A stretch of 64,000 nt of DNA from Antedon mediterranea (lineage: Eukaryota; Animalia; Echinodermata): assembly GCF_964355755.1 (NCBI RefSeq), contig NC_092670.1:13998795-14062794 (forward strand), in the 5' to 3' direction. Position numbers and translations under genes: made by a program. The notes beneath the pieces are model-generated. The model was not told where the DNA came from. It saw only the letters and a program-made list of their open reading frames with translations, and did no database searches. Positions within the stretch are counted from its first letter, which is position 1, and each line of letters begins with the position of its first letter. Of the stretch, positions 9,790 through 19,132 are shown piece by piece.

Positions 9790-12700
9790 TATATAAATCC
9801 AAAGGTAAATTACTGAAAAAATGTCAATGCTGTGGGTATCATGTGGCTGGATCTCAATGGAGATACAAAAAAAACCGAAAAACTAAAGCAAAACGATAAA
9901 GTAAAACAGCCAGAAAAGTTAGCAGAGCTTTCGGGCAACACTAGCCCTTCATCTGTAAGGCCTATATATATATGTGTGTGTGTGTGTGTTTAAAATAGGC
10001 GTCATATTGGATTTCAACATGGCGGCTGTTTACAACTTTAATAACAATATATTTGGAATCCTCAGTCTCACAAACATAGGTATAGACATCGTTTTTAACT
10101 TTCTATGTTACTTATAAGTCAAGTTATAAGCCAAAATACGTTTTAAATGGCGGCCATCTTGGATTTCAACATGGCGGCTGAAATAGAATATTTACAACTT
10201 TTTAGTAACAATATATTTAGAATCTTCAGTATCACAAACATAGGTAAAGACATCATTTTTAACCTACTATGTTACTTAAAAGTCAAGTTAATAAGGCAAA
10301 ATACGTTTTAAATGGCGGCCATCTTGGATTTCAACATGGCGGCTGAAATAGAACATTTACAACTTTCATAACAATATATTTGGAATCCTCAGTATCACAA
10401 ACATAGGTATAGAAACCATCTTTAACTTGCTACGTCACTTAAAACTCAAGTTATAAGTCAAAATACGTTTTAAATGGCGGCCATCTTGGATTTTAACATG
10501 GCGGCTGAAATAGAACATTTACAACTTTAATAACAATATATTTGGAATCTTCACTATCACAAACATAGGTATAGACACCATTTTTAACTTGCTACGTCAC
10601 TTAGAAGTCAAGTTATAAGCCAAAATAAGTCTGAAATGGCGGCCATTTTGTTTTTCACATTTTAAGGGTGAAGATCTAAAAATTGAGCCGGGTAAACAGC
10701 AGATTTGAATTCAGCACCCCGAAATTACCCTAAAACACATGTTTTTTTTTTGCTTTTAACACGAAATGCCTACAGCATTTCATTTTTCTCAAATCTGGAC
10801 TAGTCTATAAAACGTGTTTCCGCGTAAAATAATACTTAAGCTCTTGCAGCAGCCCAAATAATAATACTCGTAATGATTATGATACCCGCGACAACAATTC
10901 AATTGAATTGGTATCTTAGTCGCTACTGTATTATGCGATACCATGGTGATTTCACTTAGGCTCAAGCTTACCCATGGCATTGTTAATGTTTCCAAAATCC
11001 ATGTGAAGTTAAGCGTCAAGCAAGCGTATCTTATACTTCTACATCTTACATTTTTCACAATTTCGTAATTTTAAGGCACCACTGCTGCTCTGTAGTATAT
11101 AGCCCTGTTACTTTCCAACCTACTTTATGTCTATACTTTGAATGAATTGAAATAAAATAAATATCAATCGTAACAAAAAGGTAGCTCTCAACTTACTCTG
11201 TCAGAAATTGACGATCGGGCTCGTGTTCTCATTGGTATACCATGTGTCGAATCTTTCCTTTTGATTTGATTTGCAAACCACTTGTAGATGTATAAAAACG
11301 ATTTCGGACTTGGAATTAAATTAAACGGAATTGGTAAAGTAGCGTTATGGTCGAAGAAAGAAATCCATAATTGTGCTCGAGCAAACTTCCACTCCACATC
11401 CTCATCGTTCTGTCAAAGGAGATAAATAGTAATAATAAAGTTACATAATTATACCGAAGCATTCTTTAGTGTTATTCATTTAAAAATATATTGTTCCTCA
11501 AATTTAAATCTTTAGCGGTACGGTAAAAAATACTACATTTTCAACTAATAACCAACAATTACTAATTTAGGTATCCCTCCAATTAAAGACCGCTTTATTG
11601 CCGCCCTGAATGATCGCCTATCTTATCTTATACCATTACCAATATTTCTGTTCTTTAGTATCATAGCTCATGTCGTTTTATGGGTGGTCCAATTTTAAAG
11701 CTTGTAGCTTATTTTGATGTCCCTCCACACTTCTTTGCATTCTATAATTATACTCTGTATTCAATGAACAGACAAATAAATAAACAGACAAACAAACCAG
11801 TTCCCTTCCAATTAGAGACTCCTTCCAATTAGAGACCAAGGTTTTGGTGGAACTAACTAAACATTTTCATTTAAATGGATAGGACAGGAAAGCAAGATAA
11901 CCATTCTGACATTTAATTTGCCTCTAAATATAGTGCACTTTTTTATTTTTAAAAGGAGGGTAACTTAAGACCACTTCTGTTGCCAGTCTAGAAGGAACTA
12001 AGCCAAATAAAAGTGGTATTTAATTTTGGAGGGAGACCTGTAACTGATGGTTTGTGCTGTAAACTTGCCTCGATCTCCTGATATGAGTTAGACATCATAG
12101 CAATTAGCATATTCAGCATTACCAGAACCATCACGACATGATAAACAGCGAATAGGATTGTACCGACTACATTTGTTATGTTGTAATTATCATCATCAGC
12201 AGACGGTTGCACTATGGGATCATCTTTACCAACTAACCCGAATAAAGCCCAGAACAATGTTAAAAACGTACTGCTAATTCTGAAGACAAGAAAAGCACAA
12301 ATGATACTGATTATAAAAATTCCCAGAAAAAAATTTTTTTCTAAAACTGTTAGCGTCTGACGTGTTATTCACTTCGACCAAAATTGGATAAAAAACAATT
12401 ATTTACCTGAAAAACATTTAAAATTCTCAGACAATTGGGGTTTGCTTCAAATTAAATTTACTACCAAATCAGGGATGTCAGTCTATTCTTCAAAGCTCTA
12501 ATTATGAGTTATATTACCAAGTACATCATCTGTTTATTACGGACAAAATTTCTACTTACGAACCAAATGCCTTTTCAACGCCGTCACTCTTCCCGCTGTC
12601 TAACGGATAATACCAATACAAGTTATACATTGCACAGAGAAACGCTACTAAAACAAGACCAAACACAATTCCGAAGCGTAGAATGTCACCAAGCATACGA

Positions 12701-14481
12701 CCTAGAGAGATCTGCAAAGGGCCTAAGAATTCGCTAGCTGCTAGAACTTCGGTTACTCTCGTGAAACTTAGCACATTCGCTAGAGCGTAAAGACCTTCTG
12801 CTAAAAACACTGGATCACATGGGTTCCAGCAATTACGGTCTGGAAAGAATGAATGAAAGAAATAAAGTAAGTTATGTTAAATATTCACATTTTTTTTGCA
12901 GCGTCATTAGCAATGACTGTTGGAATTGAACGATTGACTGATTGATTATAATATATACCAACGATGTCACTTCTTTCTATGAATGCTATACATTAGAAAG
13001 ACTTCATATAGTCTTATTTATAGATTTGACAAAAGCATAACTTAGACTTCATGCCCTCCCAACATCAACAACTTTGGTTTACCTGGAGTAAATTGATTTT
13101 AGTTTGTTAGTATTTATTTGTTAGTATTCCAGGTACACCTTAAACCTAGCCAGTGCATAATGGATAACATCTTACCTACAGACAGATAATACATATGATT
13201 CGTAGCTGTGCCTCCTGTGGTGTTTTCTAATGTTAAGTTTGCGCATGCAAACGGATCATCCTTGTAAAAATCGATTGCCTGTCTCGCTGCGCGATACGAG
13301 ATGAATTTGAGAATAAAGCTGGTGAAATAGAGGTTTAACATGGCGATATCTAACCAGTTCCAGAACGATGATAAGTATATACGACTACCTTCTAGCCACA
13401 CTTGTTTCAATTCGTTCCAAAACATTCCTATAACAAATTAATAAAGAGTTATTTTTTAATATATTATATAGTTTGGTATCTTTATTTCACTTTCAAAAAA
13501 ACATGCCCCGGCAGAGATATGGAGGAAAAACGTATACTAGGCCGCCACACTCTCCATGATGGGAAGAATCATATAATAAGGTACCCACACAAACAAGAAA
13601 AGAATCATTGTAGTTTTTTACTTGAGAAAATCTGAATCTATAATAATTTTGTTAAGTAGAATTGAAATTGTAATTCTCCTCACCGGCCATATCCTGAATT
13701 TAAGCATTTGCTCAATTGGTGGTAAGATAAATTAGCGTGTGTTTTGTTAACTTATGTTAGACATTTCTCCAGAGAACGGGAGACACTCACCTACTAAAAA
13801 TATCATTATAATAATGTCAAAGATATTTGGTCCAGTGTCACGCAGCAATCTATTGTTACTATCACACACTTCATAAAGATTAATAGCGTCGTCGAGGGCG
13901 CTACAACTTTTGTTCATCATTACGTCACAAAAGATTTCGGTTGTGCTAAGTGTTTCTGAAAACTGTGTTTCTGCGAACGTTGATTGAAAGAATAGAAGTG
14001 ATAGGTAGATTAAGTAAGTCCCAGAATGCATTATAAACTTGACTAATGGAGTTCGAACAAATTTTCCAATCTGTCAAAAAAAGTAGAAAATAGTTAGATT
14101 AATATTTGGCAAGTTGAAAGGCGACAGAGGGCGGGCTAAAAAGTGATAGAGGGCGTGATTATTCAGTAAATATCAGAACCATATATAAAAGATAATAGAA
14201 AAAAAACTCGAGATTAAGCTTTTTTGACCTTTTGACTTTATGTCAACAATATGTGGTCTGTTTCATAGCTATATTTATCACAAAAAAAATCAGGACGATA
14301 ATTATCGTGCAAGCAAACACATTTGTATTTTTGCAAGTAATGAGAGTATGTCAGCGAACCGTGAGTAATTTGATTGTCGCTTGTGGTAAACTATTGCATT
14401 ATACTACTTGATGATGATTGACTATGACGATATCATAAGTGGAAGACATTGTATTATAAGCAGAATTGATTTAAAGACACG

Positions 14482-14513
<32 letters not shown>

Positions 14514-17500
14514 AGAGATGATGATGATGGAGATGATCGAAAGTGTTTCTAACATTAGATGATGATGTGGTAAATGGATACTTACCCTACTTCGTGGAAC
14601 TACTATATAAATAAATGCTAGTACTGGTATTGTTAGGAACACTAAAAGCGACATAATGGACTTGTACACAATATTTCCTTGTCTCCAACCAGGCATTCCC
14701 TTGTACCAAAGCGTTGCCAGCAAATGTTGACAGTGTGGATGGGCGACAAACTATAAATAACAAAGTTACAGTATAGTATTATTTTTGGCTTGTTACAAAC
14801 TGGATATGATGTATAACAGGCTATTGTACGACTACAGCTACAGCACACTGTTTTGTTAATAATAGTGGAGAATCATACAGAATCGAACGACACTGTTTCC
14901 GTTCCGTAAAACGGAACACGTATGAAATTAATGTGATACGATGAATGCCTTATAAGGAAGCGATGCAAGTTGATTTCATTTAATTAATACAGCAAAACAA
15001 AATACAGTAAGTGGCATATTACGGAAGCAATAGTGACCACCACCCAACCAACTGCATTATTATCTGTGTGGTCACTATAAGCTTCCGTAAGCACTAGTTT
15101 TCAATTAAAGGCTCAAGAAAATATAGATGGTAAGCAAAAATAAATGGCGCCTATAATGGTTTCACAGACAATATTTCCTCGCCTAATTTTCGAACCATGA
15201 ATGTTGGTACTGGTTGTATAATTAAGAAAAACGTGTAATCGAGAGTTCGTGTTCACAGTATTATCTAAAAATACCCATTATAAGAATCATTTTTGTTATT
15301 AAACTGCAAATGATGAAAACTATTACGTGCTCGACTGGATTATTATTATTTGCTTTCATAATGATACAACTGACACAACGACGCAGACATATGGGACAAT
15401 TTTATTATGCGTTCAAAAGCAATATAATTATCATAAATAACTAAAAAGAAACTGGAATCATAAACAGTTACATTCGATACGGTGTTTAATATACTGTTCC
15501 GAGTTCCAGACAGAAAAATTATTATATAAATATCTCATGCTTTTCACATTTTTGTTGAATTTAACAGGCATTGATTTTGGTGTAACAAAAATCAAGAAAA
15601 ATGTCTATGCCTAACAGTGTCTTCGTATATACAATGATGTATTAGAGAAACCCACGCTAATGCACTTTGTCTCTGACAGACAATCTTTAGCCTGGTCACA
15701 TTCGCCAACGCTAATCGAACGTGACCGACCCTATAGCCTTAATGGTGTTTTCAGTAGGTGTGAAAGTGCATTAAAGTACGGTATAATACTGTAGTAGAAT
15801 TTATATCCATAATTTTTACAATTTCATCGAAATACAATGACAATGAGACTACAAAATCGGTTACTACCATATTTGGGCACATCACACTGATGGTGTAGAC
15901 AGAGCTAGGGTCTACTACCGTACACTTACTGCTTTCTGTTGGTAAATGATAGCCTGTTTTACACGTCCAAGGTCTAGCGTTGCTGCATGTCGCGTAGACT
16001 CGCTGTCGTCTGTCACGTTTTCTAATGTTGTTCCCGCCATCTTGAGCAGCGTTTCAACTTCCTCTGTACTTTGGCACATCTCAAGTAGATCGGATGCGTA
16101 TTTCTTGCATTGTTTAGATAGATCTCTATACTGATTCTGTTGGATAATAATGATGTATTTTTTAATACCATGCGTCAGTATCCATTAACAATTAGAAGTA
16201 AACGATTACTTAGGCCATTAAAATTAAATTAAAGAAGGCGCGGAGAGTGGACTAGTAGCGTTGCATTACCGGGAGATGATTTTCTATGTTCTAGTTTGCG
16301 TATCTTATATGTAAACAAAACTGACGTTCAATCTGAAGAACGAGGCAATAGGAACAAATTGAAATGTTGGGCTAAGTGACAGGCCTTTCAACGCAATTAG
16401 TCGGTGTAAAAATTATCTGATAGAAATTTTGTAGCGTTTCATATTTTCTTTTGACGTGTGGCTTCTTTTGTTTATCAGAAGTAGCACAGTCGCCTGATTT
16501 TAACAGTATTAGAACCAAATTAAGATGTTGGGCTTAGTGATAGGCCTTTCAACGCAACTAGTCGATGTAAACATTATCTGATAGAAATTTTGTAGCGTTT
16601 CATATTTTCTTTTGACGTGTGGCTACGTTTGTTTACCAGAAGTAGCACAGTCGTCTGATTTTAACAGTATTAGAACCAAATTAGTGAGTCTTTCAATATT
16701 GCTTACGCCACACTTACACGTATGTTTACTCGGATGATCTTTGCGAGTGGGCTAATTATATTTTACATTATAGATCATGGAGCCTTACATTTTATTATTG
16801 TATCGGTGTTGTCCGTGTACTTTTAATGATTTTCGTATATAAACTAATGTTATGACGTCAATCCAATGTGTTAAACTTGCCTATTATGCATAACGGCCAA
16901 CTGCCACCTGAATAGCCCCAAAGGATCAGAAATACATTTTCATCTGCTGGGTCTACAAATTCCACTTTAGTAACACATGGTCTTCAATTATATATTTGTT
17001 GGTGGAAGAAGACCGCAAGATCGATTTAACGTTATAGTAAATTTCTCTGAAGGGGGTTGTGGATTACATCGACATTGAATTTGCATTGACCAACATATAT
17101 CATCAATGTTGCCTACAATTTATGGAGGAAGGAATGGGACGGAATGGACTTTTATTACGTGGCTCAGTAGTCTAGGTTCTAGACGGCGATTCAAACTAGG
17201 CCTAGTATTGGTAAAAAGATAAACATGTTGACACACATGACACTATATGACAATAACGAGAGATTTGGGACAGGTAAGTATCTATGCTAAAATGAGCATA
17301 AGACTTGAGGTTAAGCGTATCATGACGAAGAATATCAAATGCGTTCAAGTAGAATAAAAAATAGATCACAGTAATGAGCTAGATACGTTAGCAATTTAAA
17401 TGTTCAATATGGGATTAACCTTTGACCAACTTGATAAGCACAACGTTATTATGTGAGTAAAGAAAATAAGGACATATATTCAAGTTCTATAATTTTATCA

Positions 17501-19132
17501 TATTAGTCTCAGATCTTCGGAAATTCTGTTCTCCCAAGAGAATACCTATTGATAACAGATTACCAATTTGTCTGTGACATCAGATTTTAAATTACACGTT
17601 TTGTAGTGTAAGTATTCGAGCTCCTAATTTTTGTAATGGCTTGCAGTTTTTTTTTACGTCATGAAAAACTATGTCAGCAGGCGGCTGTTTGGAAATAGTA
17701 ACGTTAATTTATTTGTTTGCATATCGTAACAGACAGAAAGTTCCTCAACCATTAACAAGAACTAAGCCTGGTCGTAGGAAGGATTTTTATGTACCATTCC
17801 TTTTTTTCACAGAGAAGAGCACTCACACAAATGGCAACCATCATGAACTATGCTAGTTAAGCATAATTCATCATAACATTTTTGCTACGGCTTGATCTAT
17901 AGTTCGAAAGGGCTTGTTCCAACCTTCAAACCCCTAGTTACGCACTTGACAGTTTCCTCTTAGGCCAATGGCAATTTGTGTTTAATCTTAAAACAGCAAG
18001 AGCAGAAAACAGAGCATGGTCAATGTACGGGACTATATTGAATTTTGGATTTAAGATTAAGAATGCCATTTTCATTTATGTTGTATACCGTGCTAAAATC
18101 CATGAAAAACAGTATAAATTGTTTATTTGTTAGTATCACATTTACCTAAGTGTATATCTACTACAAGAGAGTGTCAATATAGCCAAGTCAATTTTGAAAA
18201 AAAAATCGAAAGAAGTCTGCTGCTTTTCATATCAATATTGTGTGTGGACGGTTGATTTTGCAGCTGGTTTTTTGTTTTAAAAAACACTGTAGGCTATGTT
18301 GTACTATATATAGATTCACAGCTCAGATTTGAAAACAAAAATCGTAAACAGTTTTGCATTACGTACCTTAAATTCCTTTTCAATAATTGCATACTCCATT
18401 AATTCATTACTGAGAACGAATGCTGTTAGTATTGGATCTGAACTAGTAAGTGACATCCAAGCGGGACTGGCAAGTGCTTTGAATGCATGCATCCTGGCTT
18501 TCGAGTATTTCAACGGATCAAAACGTCTCCTGTTTGAACAATTTGTGCAAGCACAGAGTATATGGTGCTGTTCTGGTATGCCTTCTCCACGTTGCAGCAA
18601 TAACCTTATTATATCTGCCTCGTTGCAGTGGGCAGCCAACATAATCGGTGTGATATCCTGGTCAAACTTAGAATTAGTTGCAGTAGTCCTACAAAAGTAG
18701 TTTGTTATTGTTCCCAGACGACTTTTGTCTTTACTTTTTTGTTTAAACATAGGATGCTTCAACAATGCTTTGGTAATGCGTACATATCCTTTACTTATGG
18801 CAATCATTAGAGATTCGTTGATTGGCCTCATCTCCAATCTCCTGTCGCCATGTTTTATGAGGTACTCAACTATCTCTAGATGTTCATTTTCCGTGGCGAT
18901 TTCAAGCGCAGTGCGATCGTTGTAATCTGTACAATTTAGCAGACTATGATATGTGTCTTTTTCCAACATGGCGCGTAATGTAGGCAAATCTCCATATTCG
19001 GTACATTGAAGAAATCGTATCTCGTCGTCGTTCGGTTTTCCGATTTCTTTTCCATTAGGCGAGATAAATGAATTGTTGTAAGCCTTTCGTCTAACTGTGG
19101 CAGGAACTTCTCTTTTTGCTTGTTTCTTTGCC
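6425..19132 (-). CDS. TRPC: Short transient receptor potential channel, TRPC3/6/7-like (multi-exon, 5'-incomplete). Exons 18367-19132, 15930-16136, 14586-14750, 13791-14070, 13176-13427, 12560-12839, 12069-12279, 11197-11409, [7093-7152?], 6897-6972, 6425-6762
   Basis: Ankyrin region ([18 protein letters not shown]; [11 protein letters not shown]), Zn site [33 protein letters not shown], pore [22 protein letters not shown] box EWKFAR, and coiled coil [23 protein letters not shown] typical of TRPC3/6/7. All splice junctions are phase-consistent. Confidence 0.95.
6897..6972 (-). CDS. TRPC: TRPC exon ([25 protein letters not shown]), rib helix
   Basis: tttcag acceptor, G|gttggt donor, 76 nt, phase 0/1; missed by the ORF track. 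Confidence 0.9.
7093..7152 (-). CDS. TRPC: Candidate TRPC exon [20 protein letters not shown] (CIRB region)
   Basis: acacag acceptor, 60 nt, phase 0/0; LAKERQY resembles the segment preceding the rib helix in TRPCs; the donor TAT|gtttta is weak. Confidence 0.45.
7957..8525 (+). repeat. 162-bp tandem repeat, about 3.5 copies (left arm)
   Basis: ATGGCYGCCAT recurs at 7957, 8119, 8281 and 8443. Confidence 0.93.
9597..9670 (+). pseudogene. Decayed tRNA-like sequence (SINE/retroelement-derived), nominal anticodon ATC
   Basis: A box TGGTCTAATGG, anticodon arm TCTGC-ATATCAA-GCAGA, B box GGTTCGAATC; mismatches in the acceptor, D and T stems. Confidence 0.7.
9923..9955 (-). ncRNA. Degenerate minimal type I hammerhead ribozyme motif (Penelope/retrozyme-like)
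   Basis: CaGAUGA-A-GGGC-uaguguu-GCCC-GAAAGCUC; one core substitution, stem I not evident; flanked by (TA)n. Confidence 0.55.
9991..10648 (-). repeat. About 162-bp tandem repeat, about 4 copies (right arm, inverted)
   Basis: ATGGCGGCCAT recurs at about 162-164 bp spacing and is the reverse complement of the left-arm unit. Confidence 0.92.
11197..11409 (-). CDS. TRPC: TRPC exon (TRP box [19 protein letters not shown])
   Basis: tgacag acceptor, AGA|gtaagt donor, 213 nt. Confidence 0.92.
12069..12279 (-). CDS. TRPC: TRPC exon (pore helix LFW, S6), ends at a GC donor
   Basis: cttcag acceptor; GAG|gcaagt donor joins SYQEIE to [11 protein letters not shown] as in TRPC homologs. Confidence 0.9.
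12560..12839 (-). CDS. TRPC: TRPC exon (S4-S5; [10 protein letters not shown])
   Basis: ttccag acceptor, TC|gtaagt donor, 280 nt. Confidence 0.93.
13176..13427 (-). CDS. TRPC: TRPC exon (S2-S3; WNWLD)
   Basis: ttatag acceptor, G|gtaaga donor, 252 nt, phase 1/1. Confidence 0.92.
13791..14070 (-). CDS. TRPC: TRPC exon (S1-S2)
   Basis: tgacag acceptor, [16 protein letters not shown]|gtgagt donor, 280 nt. Confidence 0.92.
14481..14567 (+). repeat. (GAT)n microsatellite, imperfect (another at 5121-5151)
   Basis: Direct reading. Confidence 0.9.
14586..14750 (-). CDS. TRPC: TRPC exon (FVAHPHCQ...PRSR), pre-S1
   Basis: ttatag acceptor, AGG|gtaagt donor, 165 nt. Confidence 0.92.
15930..16136 (-). 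CDS. TRPC: TRPC exon ([18 protein letters not shown]...AIIYQQKA)
   Basis: caacag acceptor, GCA|gtaagt donor, 207 nt, phase 0/0; missed by the ORF track. Confidence 0.9.
16364..16683 (+). repeat. 161-bp tandem duplication (2 copies)
   Basis: atgttgggct... at 16364 and 16525, high identity. Confidence 0.9.
18367..19132 (-). CDS. TRPC: TRPC exon: ankyrin repeats and Zn-binding region
   Basis: ttttcag acceptor, phase-2 start, open to TTTAAG|gtacgt; contains most of ORF 18316..18987. Confidence 0.93.

Larger units (their letters stand above)
7794..10804. mobile_element. Foldback-type non-autonomous DNA transposon with about 700-790 bp inverted arms built from 162-bp tandem repeats
   Basis: 7829-~8525 is the reverse complement of ~9991-10778 at high identity; outer ACTAGTCC...GGACTAGT motifs; no transposase ORF; TSD not evident. 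Confidence 0.88.

Noticed and set aside
18329-18925. Plus-strand ORFs overlapping TRPC exons (also 6541-6780, 12504-12737, 15946-16134)
   Set aside because: Antisense shadows of real coding exons with no recognisable motifs
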